64,000 nt of DNA from Escherichia coli (GCF_003790525.1 NZ_CP033635.1); one strand, 5' to 3'. Counted from the first letter of the stretch, positions 1 to 13,067 are shown. Notes: generated by a model not told the origin, from the sequence alone. Made by a program: numbers and translations.

Positions 1-118
1 CCGCGCGTTCCGATACCAGTTGATAGTTAATGATGAAAAAAAGACCAATAAATGACAGTGCTGCCAATAAAAATAAAATTATCAGCCTTATCTTTATCTT
101 TTCGTATAAACTCAGCAT
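1..118 (-). CDS. pdeI: c-di-GMP phosphodiesterase PdeI (YliE), first 39 codons only; gene runs off the left edge
   Basis: Reverse strand from ATG at 118-116 reads MLSLYEKIKIRLIILFLLAALSFIGLFFIINYQLVSER, recognised as the YliE/PdeI N-terminus. Its position after gsiD matches K-12 synteny. Too short for the ORF track. Confidence 0.75.
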   Translation of the reverse strand, partial: MLSLYEKIKIRLIILFLLAALSFIGLFFIINYQLVSERA

Positions 119-294
119 GTTAATACATTTAACAAAATAACTGTCTGAACGCTGTGCCGCTGCAAAATAGTCCCTTGCTGCGGCTTTTTAACCAAATTAC
201 CCGATTCTACAAAATCAGCAGAAAGTTACAACACTTGCTTAGGGCAATAATTTCCTGTGAGGTGATTACCCTTTCAAGCAATATTCAAACGTAA

Positions 295-1206
295 CTATCC
301 TTTAATTTTCGGATCCAGCGCATCGCGTAAACCATCGCCCAACAAATTGAACGCCAGTACGGTCAGAAAAATAGCCAGGGCCGGAAAAACAGCGACATGC
401 GGCGCGATAACCATATCCGCTCGTGCCTCATTGAGCATTGCTCCCCACTCTGGTGTCGGCGGCTGCGCACCGAGGCCGAGAAATGACAGGCTGGCGGCAG
501 AGATAATCGAGGTACCAATGCGCATGGTGAAAAACACCACGATAGAAGAGACGGTCCCAGGCAGGATATGACGCAATAAAATGGTCATATCGCTGGCACC
601 AATACTGCGTGCTGACTCGATAAAGGTTTGCTGTTTCAACACCAGCGTGTTGCCGCGCACCAGCCGGGCAAACGCGGGGATGGAAAAAATGGCGACTGCG
701 ATAATCACGTTAGCAATGCCGCTTCCCAACACCGCAACAACAGCGATCGCCAGTAAAATACCCGGGAAGGCAAACAGCACATCGCAAATACGCATGATCA
801 GCCGATCCCACCAGCCTTCATAATATCCAGCCAGCAAGCCCAGCAACGTCCCGATCGCCGCACCGATAAACACGGCAAACACGCCCGCCGCCAGCGAGAT
901 TTGCGCACCAACCAGGACACGGCTGAAAATGTCGCGCCCCAGTGAATCGACGCCAAACCAGTGCTGCAAAGAAGGTCCGTTATTCAGATTGTCATAATCA
1001 AAATAATTTTCGGCGTCATAGGGAGCGATCCAGCGTGCAAAAATGGCCACCACAATCAATAAAATAACGAATAATGCGGCGGTCATCGCCATATGCTGAC
1101 GGCGAAATCGTCGCCAGAATTCATACCACGGTGTACGCACCTGGTCAGGTTTGACCAGTGGCATGGCGTTTAACACCGCCTGACGTCGCCAGTTAAATAG
1201 TCGCAT
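295..1206 (-). CDS. gsiD: glutathione ABC transporter permease GsiD
   Basis: 303-aa ORF, polytopic ABC permease with an EAA-type loop ([21 protein letters not shown]). Fourth gene of the gsiABCD string. Confidence 0.95.
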   Translation of the reverse strand: MRLFNWRRQAVLNAMPLVKPDQVRTPWYEFWRRFRRQHMAMTAALFVILLIVVAIFARWIAPYDAENYFDYDNLNNGPSLQHWFGVDSLGRDIFSRVLVGAQISLAAGVFAVFIGAAIGTLLGLLAGYYEGWWDRLIMRICDVLFAFPGILLAIAVVAVLGSGIANVIIAVAIFSIPAFARLVRGNTLVLKQQTFIESARSIGASDMTILLRHILPGTVSSIVVFFTMRIGTSIISAASLSFLGLGAQPPTPEWGAMLNEARADMVIAPHVAVFPALAIFLTVLAFNLLGDGLRDALDPKIKG

Positions 1207-1208
1207 CC

Positions 1209-2129
1209 TTACTTGTACCTGATAGCCGGGTTAATGGCGGCGTAAAGCACATCCACCACTAAGTTGATAAGAATAAATTCCAGCGAGAAAAGCAGAATTT
1301 CCGCCTGAATCACCGGGTAATCGCGCATTTCTACGGAGTCAACGAGTAAGCGTCCAAGTCCGGGCCAGTTGAAAACTTTCTCCACCACGATAGAACCACC
1401 GAGCAAAAAGCCAAACTGTAAGCCCATCATGGTCACTACCGGGATCATCGCGTTACGTAGCCCGTGTTTGAGGACAACCCAGGTTTCGCTCACCCCTTTC
1501 GCCCTCGCGGTACGCATATAATCTTCGCTTAAAACATCGACAAACGACGCGCGGGTAAAGCGCGCCATCACGGCTGCCACTGCCGCGCCGAGCGTCAGGG
1601 AGGGTAAAATGTAGTGCTGCCAACTGTCTGCTCCCACGGTAGGCAGCCAGCCCAGTTCAACGGAGAATACCTGAATTAAAAGCATCCCCAGAGCAAATGC
1701 CGGAAACGAGATCCCCGACACCGCAATGGTCATACTCAATCGATCCGGCCAACGGTTACGCCAGACGGCGGCGATAATTCCCGCCGCCATACCAAATATC
1801 ACCGCCCAGACCATACTGGTTATGGTCAGCCACAGCGTTGGCATAAAGCGGCTGGCAATCTCATCAGCAACCGGACGACGCGACACCATCGACAGGCCAA
1901 AATCTCCCTGCACAGCATTGCTGATATAGTGCCAGAACTGGTGATACAGCGGCTGATCCAACCCCAGCTGCTGACGCACCAGTTCTATAACCTGCGCATC
2001 AGCTTCGGGCCCGGCAATTAATCGCGCCGGATCGCCGGGCAGCATATGGACAAATAAAAACACCAGCACCGAGACGATAAACAGCGTCGGAATCAACCCC
2101 AGCAAGCGTTTGATAACGTAATTAAGCAT
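1209..2129 (-). CDS. gsiC: glutathione ABC transporter permease GsiC
   Basis: 306-aa ORF, ABC permease ([22 protein letters not shown] loop), 2 nt upstream of gsiD. Confidence 0.95.
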   Translation of the reverse strand: MLNYVIKRLLGLIPTLFIVSVLVFLFVHMLPGDPARLIAGPEADAQVIELVRQQLGLDQPLYHQFWHYISNAVQGDFGLSMVSRRPVADEIASRFMPTLWLTITSMVWAVIFGMAAGIIAAVWRNRWPDRLSMTIAVSGISFPAFALGMLLIQVFSVELGWLPTVGADSWQHYILPSLTLGAAVAAVMARFTRASFVDVLSEDYMRTARAKGVSETWVVLKHGLRNAMIPVVTMMGLQFGFLLGGSIVVEKVFNWPGLGRLLVDSVEMRDYPVIQAEILLFSLEFILINLVVDVLYAAINPAIRYK

Positions 2130-2146
2130 TCCACTCCCTGCGTTGC

Positions 2147-3685
2147 TTATTGCAAATCTGCGTCTTCAAAGCTGAAGCCGGTGTCTGGCATGATCCAAAA
2201 ACCGGTCAGGTTTTTACTGTGTGCCGACACCAGTTTTTCTACCACCAGCGGGATCCACGGCGACTCTTGCCAGATGATATCCTGCGCCGCCTTATATAAA
2301 CGGGTCTTTTCCGCCGGATCATTAGTTTTTAGTGCCTGAGCCAGGAAGTCATCCACCTGTTTATTGCTGTAAAACGCGGTATTAAACAGCGTTGGTGGCC
2401 AGTTTTGCGAGGCAAACAGCGGCGATAGTGCCCAGTCAGCTTCGCCGGTTGAAGCCGACCAGCCAGTGTAGAACATCCGCACGCCGCTCTCTTTTTGCCC
2501 TTTACCTTCGACTTCTGCCGCCCGCTGTCCGGCATCCATCGCAGTCACCTGGGCTTTAATCCCGACCTGCGCTAACTGCTGCTGGGTAAATTGCAGCACT
2601 TTCTGCGCGGTGCTGTGGTTATGTGACGACCACAGCGTGGTACTGAAACCGTTGGGATATCCCGCCTCTTTCAGTAATTCGCGCGCTTTCACTGGATCGT
2701 AAGGCCACGGTTTATAACTTTGCGCATAGGCGATACTCGGCGGTACCACACCAGTAGCTGGCGTTGCATAGCCCGCGAAGGCCACTTTCACCAGCGCCGG
2801 GCGGTTAATGGCGTAATTCAGCGCCTCACGGACCTTCGGGTTATCGAACGGCTTTTGCGTCACGTTCATACTGATATAACGCTGCATAATTGACGGACTG
2901 GCCATCAACTCGATATTTTTGTTTTTCTCCAGCAATGCGGCCTGCTCGTAAGGAATGGGGAAAGCAAACTGCGCTTCACCGGTTTGTAGCATTGCCGCGC
3001 GGGTGTTGTTATCCGCAACCGGACGCCAGGTTATGCTGTCCAGTTTGGGCAATCCTGGCTGCCAGTAACCCGCGAATTTTTTCACCTTCACAAAATCGGT
3101 CTGATTCCAGGTATCCAGTTCATACGGCCCGGTTCCCACCGGATGAAAACCAATATCCTTGCCATATTTTTCCAGCGCTGCCGGCGAAATCATCGCGGTC
3201 GCCGGATGGGCAAGAATATTAATAAACGCTGAGAACGGCTGTTTGAGGGTAATCTTTACCGTTGTTGGATCGATCGCTTCCGTTTTGGCAATATTCTTAT
3301 ACAGGTTGTAGCGTTTAAGATGATTCGCCGGATCGCTGGCCCGGTCCAGATTCGCTTTTACCGCCGCTGCGTTGAAGTCGGTTCCATCCTGGAATTTAAT
3401 TCCTTCCCGCAGTTTCACGGTGTAAGTAAGGCCGTCATCGGAAACGGTATAACTCTCCGCCAGCACGTTTTTCAGTTTCATCTCTTTATCCAGACCGAAC
3501 AGCCCCTGGTAAAACGATTTCGCTACGGCCTGAGATAACGTGTCATTCGCGTCATATGGATCGAGCGTGGTGAAGTTCGATCCTACCGCCACCACCACAT
3601 CTTTGGCAGCGAATGCACAAGATGCCATCAACGCTGTCGCAATGCCCAGCGCCACTAACCCACTACGGTGTACAGCTCTTGCCAT
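2147..3685 (-). CDS. gsiB: glutathione-binding periplasmic protein GsiB
   Basis: Family-5 substrate-binding protein. Start placed at ATG 3685, giving 512 aa beginning [26 protein letters not shown] (signal peptide). The 601-aa track ORF extends 89 codons into gsiA and is not credible. Confidence 0.93.
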   Translation of the reverse strand: MARAVHRSGLVALGIATALMASCAFAAKDVVVAVGSNFTTLDPYDANDTLSQAVAKSFYQGLFGLDKEMKLKNVLAESYTVSDDGLTYTVKLREGIKFQDGTDFNAAAVKANLDRASDPANHLKRYNLYKNIAKTEAIDPTTVKITLKQPFSAFINILAHPATAMISPAALEKYGKDIGFHPVGTGPYELDTWNQTDFVKVKKFAGYWQPGLPKLDSITWRPVADNNTRAAMLQTGEAQFAFPIPYEQAALLEKNKNIELMASPSIMQRYISMNVTQKPFDNPKVREALNYAINRPALVKVAFAGYATPATGVVPPSIAYAQSYKPWPYDPVKARELLKEAGYPNGFSTTLWSSHNHSTAQKVLQFTQQQLAQVGIKAQVTAMDAGQRAAEVEGKGQKESGVRMFYTGWSASTGEADWALSPLFASQNWPPTLFNTAFYSNKQVDDFLAQALKTNDPAEKTRLYKAAQDIIWQESPWIPLVVEKLVSAHSKNLTGFWIMPDTGFSFEDADLQ

Positions 3686-3704
3686 TTTATTCTCCGCCTG
3701 AATG

Positions 3705-5576
3705 TTATCTACGCATGAATGCGTATTCTGATTGTGGTTGTGCGACGTAATGCCCCGGCCCGACGCATTGCAACGAGACGGCTGCAACCTCTTCGCCACG
3801 CAGATGAATATTGCTGGGAAGATCGTCCGACAGCAGTACACGCTGCGGTCGTTGTCGGGACGGTTCAGCGACCGGAACTGCCGCCAGTAATTTACGCGTA
3901 TAAGGATGCTGCGGGTTTTCGAAGACCGCGCGCCGTGGACCAATTTCAACAATTTGCCCGAGATACATCACCGCCACACGATGACTAATCCGCTCTACCA
4001 CGGCCATATCGTGGGAGATAAACAGATACGCAATGCCGAAATCACGCTGGAGATCGAGCAACAAGTTGATAATCTGCCCGCGAATAGAAACATCCAGCGC
4101 CGAGACGGCTTCGTCGGCAATGATCACTTTTGGATTCAATGCCAACGCGCGAGCAATGCAGATGCGCTGGCGCTGACCGCCGGAAAACTCATGCGGGTAA
4201 CGCCAGGCATGTTCAGGTAACAGGCCCACGCGCTCCAGCAACCACGCAACACGTGCAGCCGCTTCTTTACCTGGCAATAAACCGTGTACGCGCAGCGGTT
4301 CGATAATCGAATCACCGATGGTCTGACGTGGGTCCAGCGAAGCGTAAGGGTCCTGAAAAATAAACTGAATATCGCGGCGCAATGCCTGAAGTTTACCGGA
4401 TGACAAGGTATCGATTCGCTGACCGTTAAAGATAATTTCGCCGCCCTGCGATTCGACCAGGCGCAGCAACGCCCGCCCGGTAGTGGATTTACCGCTGCCA
4501 GACTCGCCCACCAGCGATAGCGTTTCACCAGGCCAGAGATCAAAACTGACTTTCTCAACGGCATGCACTTCCCGCGTTACGCGATTCAACAAACCGCTGC
4601 GCAAAGGGAAACGGGTGACCAGATTACGCACCCGTAAAACAGGTTCGCCATCCACCACCGTTTTCTGCTCGATGGGTGGCTCCTGTTTCGCTGGATGTTC
4701 AAGCGATATCAACGGGAAACGTCGGGGATAATCTAACCCTTTCATCGCACCAAGTTGCGGAACAGCAGCTAACAGCGCACGGGTATAAGGATGTTGCGGT
4801 GCATGAAAAATCTGTTCGACGCTACCCGTTTCCACCGCCTCGCCCTGATACATCACCAGAACCCGATCGGCAATCTCTGCCACCACGCCCATATCGTGAG
4901 TGATAAAGATAACGCCCATCGACATCTCTTTTTGCAATACTTTGATTAATTGCAGGATCTGCGCCTGAATAGTGACATCCAGCGCGGTGGTTGGCTCATC
5001 GGCAATCAGCACCGCCGGGCAGCATGACAGCGCCATCGCAATCATCACTCGCTGGCGCATCCCGCCAGAGAGTTGATGCGGATAACGTGAAAGAATGGTT
5101 TGTGCCTCCGGAATGCGTACCTGATCCAGCATCCGCTTCGCCTCGACCATCGCTTCTTCACGACTGGCGTTCTGATGCAGACGAATTGATTCGGCAATCT
5201 GTTCACCCACAGTAAATACCGGGTTCAGCGATGTCATCGGTTCCTGAAATATCATCGCCATATCCGCACCGCGCACATGGCGCATTTGTGCAGCGCTCTG
5301 CTCGCTAAGTTCAATCACTTCGCGACTGCGCCGCCGCAACAGCATTTTATCGCACTGTACTAAACCGCCCGCCTGTTCCAACAGACGCATCAATGCCAGC
5401 GCAGTCACTGACTTACCGGAGCCGGATTCGCCAACAATTGCCAGCGTCTCACCGCGTTGCAGGCTAAAAGAGAGATTGCGGACCGCAGCTATTTTCTGCT
5501 GGTCCTGCATAAAGGCAATATTCAGATTTTCAACCGCCAGCACATCACCGGCATCAAGTTCATCACTGTGTGGCAA
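3705..5576 (-). CDS. gsiA: glutathione ABC transporter ATP-binding protein GsiA (double ATPase)
   Basis: Two Walker A motifs (GESGSGKS twice) and two signature motifs. The TTG codon at 5576-5574 gives a 623-aa product starting (M)PHSDELDAG as in K-12. It overlaps the iaaA stop by 14 nt. Confidence 0.9.
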   Translation of the reverse strand: MPHSDELDAGDVLAVENLNIAFMQDQQKIAAVRNLSFSLQRGETLAIVGESGSGKSVTALALMRLLEQAGGLVQCDKMLLRRRSREVIELSEQSAAQMRHVRGADMAMIFQEPMTSLNPVFTVGEQIAESIRLHQNASREEAMVEAKRMLDQVRIPEAQTILSRYPHQLSGGMRQRVMIAMALSCCPAVLIADEPTTALDVTIQAQILQLIKVLQKEMSMGVIFITHDMGVVAEIADRVLVMYQGEAVETGSVEQIFHAPQHPYTRALLAAVPQLGAMKGLDYPRRFPLISLEHPAKQEPPIEQKTVVDGEPVLRVRNLVTRFPLRSGLLNRVTREVHAVEKVSFDLWPGETLSLVGESGSGKSTTGRALLRLVESQGGEIIFNGQRIDTLSSGKLQALRRDIQFIFQDPYASLDPRQTIGDSIIEPLRVHGLLPGKEAAARVAWLLERVGLLPEHAWRYPHEFSGGQRQRICIARALALNPKVIIADEAVSALDVSIRGQIINLLLDLQRDFGIAYLFISHDMAVVERISHRVAVMYLGQIVEIGPRRAVFENPQHPYTRKLLAAVPVAEPSRQRPQRVLLSDDLPSNIHLRGEEVAAVSLQCVGPGHYVAQPQSEYAFMRR

Positions 5577-6528
5577 CGGTGTCCCCTTTTTCACGGTAGA
5601 TACCGGTGGTTGGCGTATCGCCTGCGTAGCCCCAGGCGCGATACATTCCTTCGGTGTTAAACGGTAGCGCGACGTTACCTTCATGGTCGATAGCGATTAA
5701 GCCACCGCTACCGCCAAGCGCAGGGAGTTTTTCCATTACTACCCGCTCGCAGGCTTCCGCGAGACTTAATCCGCCGTAATCCATTAACGCGGCGATGTCA
5801 TATGCCGCCAGCGCGCGGATGAAGACTTCGCCCGTGCCGGTACAAGAAACCGCCACACTGGCGTTATTGGCGTAGCATCCGGCACCCACTAAGGGACTAT
5901 CGCCAACTCGTCCGGGTAATTTATTGGTCATTCCGCCCGTGGACGTGGCTGCCGCCAGATTGCCGTCTAAATCCAACGCCACGGCCCCCACGGTGCCCAT
6001 TTTCTGTTTTTCATCCAGTGGCGCACCGCTATGGTCGAGGACTGTTGCCCCTTCCTCGCGCGCTGCCAGTAGTTGTTCATAACGCAAAGGCGTGGAGAAA
6101 ATCTCCGGTGAGACGCGCTCCATGCCATGAGCAAACGCAAAATTTTCTGCCCCTTCGCCAATCATCATCACATGCGGGCTTTGCTCCATCACCAGCCGGG
6201 CGGCAAGAACCGGATTACGCAGATGACTAACGCCCGCCACCGCACCGGCTTTCAGGGTGTTACCATCCATCACACAGGCGTCCAGTTCATGGGTTTCATC
6301 ACGCGTAAAGACAGCGCCAATTCCGGCGTTAAACAGTGGACACTCTTCCAGCAGACGCACCGCTTCCGTCACCACATCCAGCGCACTTTCGCCCGCTTCC
6401 AGCATTTTCTGCCCGGTTTCAACAATGGCAGACAGCGCCTCGATGTAGCGTAATTCCTGTTGCAGACTCATCTGCGCGCGGCTAATTGCACCTGCGCCGC
6501 CATGAATTGCAATGACTGCTTTGCCCAT
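5563..6528 (-). CDS. iaaA: isoaspartyl dipeptidase / asparaginase-family Ntn hydrolase IaaA
   Basis: 321-aa ORF with the autoprocessing region GTVGAVALD. First gene of the iaaA-gsiABCD string. Confidence 0.95.
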   Translation of the reverse strand: MGKAVIAIHGGAGAISRAQMSLQQELRYIEALSAIVETGQKMLEAGESALDVVTEAVRLLEECPLFNAGIGAVFTRDETHELDACVMDGNTLKAGAVAGVSHLRNPVLAARLVMEQSPHVMMIGEGAENFAFAHGMERVSPEIFSTPLRYEQLLAAREEGATVLDHSGAPLDEKQKMGTVGAVALDLDGNLAAATSTGGMTNKLPGRVGDSPLVGAGCYANNASVAVSCTGTGEVFIRALAAYDIAALMDYGGLSLAEACERVVMEKLPALGGSGGLIAIDHEGNVALPFNTEGMYRAWGYAGDTPTTGIYREKGDTVATQ

Positions 6529-6731
6529 AGTATTCGTCCATTAAGGGTGGCTCGCCACTTTTGCTATAAATATCAGAATTTTTATGAATTACTCATTCAA
6601 TTTTTGAATATAGAAAGATGGATATGGCATGTAAAGGCAGGAGCCAGCGCTACGCCCGAGGTGGCATACAGTCTGTGGCGTTTTTCTGACATAATAGGCA
6701 AATTCGATTTTGCCTCCGCAGGAGTGTTTTC

Positions 6732-7967
6732 ATGGAATTTACCACCGGATTGATGTCGCTCGACACCGCGCTTAATGAGATGCTTTCTCGCGTTACCCCA
6801 CTGACCGCCCAGGAAACGCTGCCACTGGTTCAGTGTTTTGGTCGTATTCTGGCGAGCGATGTCGTTTCGCCACTGGATGTCCCGGGGTTTGATAACTCCG
6901 CTATGGACGGCTACGCGGTGCGTTTAGCCGATATTGCCTCCGGGCAACCGCTGCCCGTTGCCGGTAAATCCTTTGCCGGTCAGCCGTACCATGGTGAATG
7001 GCCTGCGGGTACCTGCATTCGTATTATGACCGGTGCGCCGGTGCCAGAAGGCTGCGAAGGGGTGGTGATGCAGGAGCAGACTGAACAAACGGACAATGGC
7101 GTGCGTTTTACTGCTGAAGTGCGTAGCGGGCAAAATATTCGCCGTCGCGGTGAAGATATCTCTGCAGGTGCGGTTGTTTTCCCGGCGGGGACTCGCCTGA
7201 CTACCGCTGAACTGCCAGTGATTGCTTCGCTAGGGATTGCCGAAGTTCCGGTGATTCGTAAAGTGCGTGTAGCGCTTTTTTCTACCGGTGATGAACTCCA
7301 GTTGCCCGGTCAGCCGCTGGGCGACGGCCAAATCTACGATACCAACCGTCTCGCCGTACACCTGATGTTAGAACAGTTGGGATGCGAGGTAATCAACTTA
7401 GGGATTATCCGCGACGATCCCCATGCCCTGCGCGCCGCATTTATTGAAGCCGACAGCCAGGCGGATGTGGTGATCAGTTCCGGCGGTGTTTCAGTGGGTG
7501 AAGCGGATTACACCAAAACCATTCTTGAAGAGCTGGGGGAGATCGCCTTCTGGAAGCTGGCGATTAAACCAGGTAAACCGTTCGCGTTCGGTAAACTCAG
7601 CAATAGCTGGTTCTGCGGCCTGCCGGGCAACCCGGTTTCAGCAACGCTGACCTTCTATCAACTGGTACAGCCTTTGCTGGCAAAACTAAGCGGCAATACC
7701 GCCAGCGGCCTGCCCGCGCGCCAGCGTGTGCGCACGGCATCGCCTCTGAAGAAATCGCCAGGACGCCTTGATTTCCAGCGCGGCGTGCTGCAACGCAACG
7801 CCGATGGCGAACTGGAAGTGACGACCACCGGACATCAGGGTTCACATATATTTAGCTCCTTTAGCCTCGGCAACTGCTTTATCGTGCTGGAACGCGATCG
7901 CGGCAATGTGGAAGTGGGCGAATGGGTGGAAGTAGAACCGTTTAACGCGTTGTTCGGAGGCCTGTAA
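6732..7967 (+). CDS. moeA: molybdopterin molybdenumtransferase MoeA
   Basis: 411-aa ORF recognised as MoeA. The stop overlaps the moeB ATG at 7967. Confidence 0.96.
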   Translation: MEFTTGLMSLDTALNEMLSRVTPLTAQETLPLVQCFGRILASDVVSPLDVPGFDNSAMDGYAVRLADIASGQPLPVAGKSFAGQPYHGEWPAGTCIRIMTGAPVPEGCEGVVMQEQTEQTDNGVRFTAEVRSGQNIRRRGEDISAGAVVFPAGTRLTTAELPVIASLGIAEVPVIRKVRVALFSTGDELQLPGQPLGDGQIYDTNRLAVHLMLEQLGCEVINLGIIRDDPHALRAAFIEADSQADVVISSGGVSVGEADYTKTILEELGEIAFWKLAIKPGKPFAFGKLSNSWFCGLPGNPVSATLTFYQLVQPLLAKLSGNTASGLPARQRVRTASPLKKSPGRLDFQRGVLQRNADGELEVTTTGHQGSHIFSSFSLGNCFIVLERDRGNVEVGEWVEVEPFNALFGGL

Positions 7968-8716
7968 TGGCGGAACTCAGCGATCAGGAGATGCTGCGCT
8001 ACAACCGGCAAATCATTCTGCGCGGCTTTGATTTTGACGGCCAGGAGGCGCTGAAAGATTCTCGCGTGCTGGTAGTGGGCCTGGGCGGCCTCGGCTGTGC
8101 AGCCTCGCAGTATCTGGCAAGCGCCGGTGTCGGCAACCTGACGCTGCTCGACTTCGACACGGTTTCGCTCTCCAATCTGCAACGCCAGACGCTGCACAGT
8201 GATGCCACGGTCGGGCAACCGAAGGTGGAATCCGCCCGTGACGCCCTGACGCGGATCAACCCATATATCGCGATTACGCCAGTCAATGCGCTGCTTGATG
8301 ACGCTGAACTTGCTGCGATGATTGCAAAACACGATCTGGTGCTCGACTGTACGGATAACGTTGCAGTACGTAATCAACTGAACGCAGGCTGTTTTGCCGC
8401 GAAGGTGCCGCTGGTTTCCGGCGCGGCAATTCGTATGGAAGGGCAAATCACGGTCTTCACTTATCAGGACGGCGAACCGTGCTATCGCTGCCTTAGCCGT
8501 TTGTTTGGCGAGAACGCGTTAACCTGCGTAGAAGCAGGCGTGATGGCACCGTTAATCGGCGTAATTGGTTCGTTGCAGGCAATGGAAGCAATCAAACTGC
8601 TGGCAGGTTATGGCAAACCAGCCAGCGGGAAAATCGTGATGTACGATGCGATCACCTGTCAGTTTCGCGAAATGAAACTGATGCGCAATCCGGGGTGTGA
8701 GGTGTGCGGGCAGTAA
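7967..8716 (+). CDS. moeB: molybdopterin-synthase adenylyltransferase MoeB
   Basis: 249-aa ThiF/MoeB fold with a GLGGLGC nucleotide loop and CxxC pairs (CYRC, CEVC). Confidence 0.96.
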   Translation: MAELSDQEMLRYNRQIILRGFDFDGQEALKDSRVLVVGLGGLGCAASQYLASAGVGNLTLLDFDTVSLSNLQRQTLHSDATVGQPKVESARDALTRINPYIAITPVNALLDDAELAAMIAKHDLVLDCTDNVAVRNQLNAGCFAAKVPLVSGAAIRMEGQITVFTYQDGEPCYRCLSRLFGENALTCVEAGVMAPLIGVIGSLQAMEAIKLLAGYGKPASGKIVMYDAITCQFREMKLMRNPGCEVCGQ

Positions 8717-8791
8717 CTGCCACCTCCAGGCCAGATAAGACGCGGCACTCCGCCACGTCATCAGCAATTTATGAGGATGCAGAACGTCCGG

Positions 8792-9454
8792 TTAAATCGA
8801 CGTTCTGCCAAACGCACCCAGCCAGTCCTGTTCAAACTTCGCCACAGCGGCATCAACCGCCGGATAGCTAATCATCTGTTGTGCCACATCCAGTGGCAGA
8901 GTAATTGATTCACATCCTGCCAGTAAGCAGTCCAGCGCCTGACGCGGGGTTTTGAAACTCGCTGCCAGCACTTTCGCCTGCGGCGCATGCATTTTCAATA
9001 ACTGGTGTAAGTCGGTCACAGTCTGAATACCGCTACCGCCCTGAGCATCAATACGATTAACGTAAAGCGCAACATATTCTGCACCTGCCAGCGCCGACAT
9101 CAACCCTTGTGCCGCGCCATATACCGCGGTTCCCAGCGTCGGAATCCCTTCCGCTTTTAACATCTTAATCGCTGCCAGCCCCTCGGCGGTCACCGGAACT
9201 TTCACCACGATATCCGCAATAATAGAACGCAGCTTAAGCGCGTCATTCACCATCCCTTCGGCAGTGGTAGCCATTACCTGGGCAAACAGACGCCCCTGAC
9301 CGCCCATCGCTTCATGAAGTTGCGGAAGCACAACCTCCAGCGGTTTTTTACCCGCGGCGATAATGCTTGGGTTAGTGGTCACACCCGCTAGCGGAAAAAT
9401 ACGTGACAGCGCCTTCACCGCAACAACGTCTGAAGTATCCAGATACAGTTCCAT
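8792..9454 (-). CDS. fsaA: fructose-6-phosphate aldolase 1
   Basis: Start taken at [16 protein letters not shown] (220 aa), a transaldolase-like TIM barrel. The track ORF adds 24 unsupported N-terminal codons. Confidence 0.93.
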   Translation of the reverse strand: MELYLDTSDVVAVKALSRIFPLAGVTTNPSIIAAGKKPLEVVLPQLHEAMGGQGRLFAQVMATTAEGMVNDALKLRSIIADIVVKVPVTAEGLAAIKMLKAEGIPTLGTAVYGAAQGLMSALAGAEYVALYVNRIDAQGGSGIQTVTDLHQLLKMHAPQAKVLAASFKTPRQALDCLLAGCESITLPLDVAQQMISYPAVDAAVAKFEQDWLGAFGRTSI

Positions 9455-9584
9455 AACCATCCTCAAAATGTACTTTTTGTCTGAATGTAGACTATCACGG
9501 GAAAACTCTCTGAACAGTTGACACACATCAATCTAACTTTCATTCGAAAGTATTTTAATGTTTGAACGAAACAGAGAGGCAACT

Positions 9585-10484
9585 ATGATTTTCAATATTC
9601 AGCGCTACTCGACCCATGATGGCCCCGGTATCCGCACGGTCGTATTTCTTAAAGGCTGTTCGCTGGGCTGCCGCTGGTGTCAGAACCCGGAAAGCCGAGC
9701 CCGCACGCAGGATCTGTTGTATGACGCACGACTGTGTCTGGAAGGCTGCGAGCTGTGCGCTAAGGCCGCGCCGGACGTGATTGAGCGCTCGCTGAATGGT
9801 TTGCTTATTCATCGGGAAAAGTTAACCCCGGAGCATCTGACAGCGTTAACCGACTGCTGTCCGACACAGGCGTTAACCGTGTGTGGTGAAGTGAAAAGCG
9901 TTGAGGAGATCATGGCGACCGTTTTGCGCGATAAACCGTTTTACGATCGCAGCGGCGGCGGCTTAACACTTTCTGGCGGTGAACCCTTTATGCAGCCGGA
10001 AATGGCGACGGAGCTACTGCAAGCCAGCCACGAGGCCGGCATTCATACTGCGGTAGAAACCTGTCTGCATGTGCCGTGGAAATATATCTCCCCTTCTCTG
10101 CCCTATATCGATCTGTTTCTTGCCGATTTAAAACACGTCGCCGACGCGCCGTTTAAACAGTGGACCGACGGTAACGCCGCCAGGGTGCTGGATAATCTGA
10201 AAAAACTCGCTGCGGCGGGGAAAAAAATCATCATCCGCGTACCGCTGATTCAGGGCTTTAATGCCGACGAAACCGCTGTAAAAGCCATTACCGATTTTGC
10301 CGCCGACGAGCTGCACGTTGGCGAAATCCATTTCCTGCCCTACCACACGCTGGGCATCAACAAATATCACTTACTTAATCTGCCCTATGACGCCCCGGAA
10401 AAACCGCTTGATGCGCCAGAACTGCTCGACTTTGCCCAGCAGTATGCCTGCCAGAAAGGGTTAACCGCGACCTTACGAGGATAA
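9585..10484 (+). CDS. ybiY: glycyl-radical enzyme activase (radical SAM), YbiY
   Basis: Starts [36 protein letters not shown] (CxxxCxxC radical-SAM cluster plus ferredoxin-like Cys). 299 aa, directly upstream of ybiW. Confidence 0.92.
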   Translation: MIFNIQRYSTHDGPGIRTVVFLKGCSLGCRWCQNPESRARTQDLLYDARLCLEGCELCAKAAPDVIERSLNGLLIHREKLTPEHLTALTDCCPTQALTVCGEVKSVEEIMATVLRDKPFYDRSGGGLTLSGGEPFMQPEMATELLQASHEAGIHTAVETCLHVPWKYISPSLPYIDLFLADLKHVADAPFKQWTDGNAARVLDNLKKLAAAGKKIIIRVPLIQGFNADETAVKAITDFAADELHVGEIHFLPYHTLGINKYHLLNLPYDAPEKPLDAPELLDFAQQYACQKGLTATLRG

Positions 10485-10489
10485 CAACC

Positions 10490-12922
10490 ATGACCACACT
10501 GAAACTGGACACGCTCAGCGACCGCATTAAAGCGCACAAAAATGCGCTGGTGCATATTGTGAAACCACCAGTCTGTACCGAGCGCGCGCAGCACTATACC
10601 GAGATGTATCAACAACATCTCGATAAGCCGATCCCGGTACGTCGCGCGCTGGCACTGGCGCATCACCTGGCGAATCGCACCATCTGGATCAAGCACGATG
10701 AATTGATCATTGGCAACCAGGCAAGCGAAGTTCGCGCCGCGCCGATCTTCCCGGAATATACCGTCTCCTGGATCGAAAAAGAGATTGATGATCTGGCAGA
10801 TCGTCCCGGTGCTGGTTTTGCGGTGAGCGAAGAGAACAAACGCGTTCTGCATGAAGTGTGCCCGTGGTGGCGCGGTCAGACCGTACAGGATCGCTGCTAC
10901 GGCATGTTTACCGATGAGCAAAAAGGTCTGCTGGCGACCGGCATCATTAAAGCGGAGGGCAATATGACCTCCGGCGATGCGCACCTGGCGGTCAATTTCC
11001 CGCTACTGCTGGAAAAAGGTCTTGATGGTCTGCGTGAGAAAGTGGCGGAACGTCGCTCGCGCATCAATCTGACGGTACTGGAAGATCTGCACGGCGAGCA
11101 ATTCCTGAAAGCGATTGATATCGTGCTGGTGGCAGTCAGTGAACACATTGAACGTTTCGCTGCCCTGGCGCGTGAAATGGCCGCGACCGAAACCCGCGAA
11201 AGCCGTCGCGATGAACTGCTGACGATAGCAGAAAACTGCGATCTTATCGCCCACCAGCCGCCGCAGACTTTCTGGCAGGCGCTGCAACTGTGTTACTTCA
11301 TCCAGTTGATTTTGCAGATCGAATCTAACGGTCACTCAGTATCGTTTGGTCGTATGGACCAGTATCTCTACCCGTACTATCGCCGCGACGTTGAACTGAA
11401 CCAGACACTGGATCGTGAACACGCCATCGAGATGCTGCATAGCTGCTGGTTAAAATTGCTGGAAGTGAACAAGATCCGCTCCGGCTCACACTCAAAAGCC
11501 TCTGCGGGAAGTCCGCTGTATCAGAACGTCACCATTGGCGGGCAAAATCTGGTTGATGGTCAACCAATGGACGCGGTGAATCCACTCTCTTACGCGCTCC
11601 TCGAATCCTGCGGTCGCCTGCGTTCCACTCAGCCTAACCTCAGCGTGCGTTACCATGCAGGAATGAGCAACGATTTCCTCGACGCCTGCGTACAGGTGAT
11701 CCGTTGCGGCTTCGGGATGCCGGCGTTCAACAACGACGAAATCGTGATCCCGGAATTTATTAAACTCGGTATTGAACCGCAGGACGCTTACGACTATGCA
11801 GCGATTGGTTGTATCGAAACCGCCGTCGGTGGCAAATGGGGCTATCGCTGTACCGGCATGAGCTTTATCAACTTCGCCCGTGTGATGCTGGCGGCGCTGG
11901 AAGGCGGTCGTGATGCCACCAGCGGCAAAGTGTTCCTGCCACAAGAAAAAGCGTTGTCGGCAGGTAGCTTCAACAACTTCGATGAAGTGATGGACGCGTG
12001 GGATACGCAAATCCGTTACTACACGCGTAAATCAATCGAAATCGAATATGTCGTCGACACCATGCTGGAAGAGAACGTACACGATATTCTCTGCTCGGCG
12101 CTGGTGGATGACTGCATTGAGCGAGCGAAAAGTATCAAACAAGGCGGCGCGAAGTATGACTGGGTGTCTGGCTTGCAGGTCGGTATCGCCAACCTCGGCA
12201 ACAGCCTGGCGGCAGTGAAGAAACTGGTATTTGAACAGGGCGCGATTGGTCAGCAACAGCTGGCTGCCGCACTGGCGGATGACTTCGACGGCCTGACTCA
12301 CGAGCAGCTGCGTCAGCGGCTGATTAACGGTGCGCCTAAGTACGGCAACGACGATGATACTGTCGATACGCTGCTGGCTCGCGCTTATCAGACCTATATC
12401 GACGAACTGAAACAGTACCATAATCCGCGCTACGGTCGTGGTCCGGTTGGCGGCAACTATTACGCGGGTACGTCATCTATCTCCGCTAACGTACCTTTTG
12501 GCGCGCAGACGATGGCAACGCCGGACGGGCGTAAAGCCCACACCCCGCTGGCAGAAGGCGCAAGCCCGGCCTCCGGTACTGACCATCTTGGCCCTACCGC
12601 GGTCATTGGCTCGGTGGGTAAACTGCCTACGGCAGCGATTCTCGGCGGCGTGTTGCTCAACCAGAAACTGAATCCGGCAACGCTGGAGAACGAATCTGAC
12701 AAGCAGAAGCTGATGATCCTGCTGCGCACCTTCTTCGAGGTGCATAAAGGCTGGCATATTCAGTACAACATCGTTTCCCGCGAAACGCTGCTGGAGGCGA
12801 AAAAACATCCCGATCAGTATCGCGATCTGGTAGTGCGCGTCGCGGGCTATTCCGCCTTCTTCACCGCGCTCTCTCCAGACGCTCAGGACGATATCATCGC
12901 CCGTACTGAACATATGCTGTAA
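10490..12922 (+). CDS. ybiW: pyruvate formate-lyase-like glycyl radical enzyme YbiW
   Basis: 810-aa ORF. The C-terminal glycyl-radical motif VRVAGYSAFF is present. Confidence 0.95.
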   Translation: MTTLKLDTLSDRIKAHKNALVHIVKPPVCTERAQHYTEMYQQHLDKPIPVRRALALAHHLANRTIWIKHDELIIGNQASEVRAAPIFPEYTVSWIEKEIDDLADRPGAGFAVSEENKRVLHEVCPWWRGQTVQDRCYGMFTDEQKGLLATGIIKAEGNMTSGDAHLAVNFPLLLEKGLDGLREKVAERRSRINLTVLEDLHGEQFLKAIDIVLVAVSEHIERFAALAREMAATETRESRRDELLTIAENCDLIAHQPPQTFWQALQLCYFIQLILQIESNGHSVSFGRMDQYLYPYYRRDVELNQTLDREHAIEMLHSCWLKLLEVNKIRSGSHSKASAGSPLYQNVTIGGQNLVDGQPMDAVNPLSYALLESCGRLRSTQPNLSVRYHAGMSNDFLDACVQVIRCGFGMPAFNNDEIVIPEFIKLGIEPQDAYDYAAIGCIETAVGGKWGYRCTGMSFINFARVMLAALEGGRDATSGKVFLPQEKALSAGSFNNFDEVMDAWDTQIRYYTRKSIEIEYVVDTMLEENVHDILCSALVDDCIERAKSIKQGGAKYDWVSGLQVGIANLGNSLAAVKKLVFEQGAIGQQQLAAALADDFDGLTHEQLRQRLINGAPKYGNDDDTVDTLLARAYQTYIDELKQYHNPRYGRGPVGGNYYAGTSSISANVPFGAQTMATPDGRKAHTPLAEGASPASGTDHLGPTAVIGSVGKLPTAAILGGVLLNQKLNPATLENESDKQKLMILLRTFFEVHKGWHIQYNIVSRETLLEAKKHPDQYRDLVVRVAGYSAFFTALSPDAQDDIIARTEHML

Positions 12923-12929
12923 TCTCCTC

Positions 12930-12954
12930 AGCCCGGCGGCGGCGTCGCCGGGCT
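12930..12954 (+). terminator. GC-rich hairpin downstream of ybiW (no U-tract)
   Basis: AGCCCGGCG / CGCCGGGCT inverted repeat, 8 nt after the ybiW stop. No T-run follows, so termination is uncertain. Confidence 0.4.
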
Positions 12955-13067
12955 AAATCATTCACATCATCAATTTCAGCCTCGCTTTCATTCGAAATAT
13001 AATTTGTGCTCTGCGTCACATTGTTATTACACTGTTACGGTTTCATTTTCGAGCCAGGAGCACACCT

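Noticed and set aside
2147-3952. 601-aa version of the gsiB ORF
   Set aside because: The first 89 codons overlap the 3' end of gsiA in another frame and have no SBP-like sequence. A signal peptide begins at the internal ATG 3685, which gives the expected 512 aa.
7835-8446. 203-aa minus-strand ORF
   Set aside because: It is antisense within moeB/moeA. It is a shadow ORF.
10385-10984. 199-aa minus-strand ORF
   Set aside because: It is antisense across the ybiY/ybiW junction. It is a shadow ORF.
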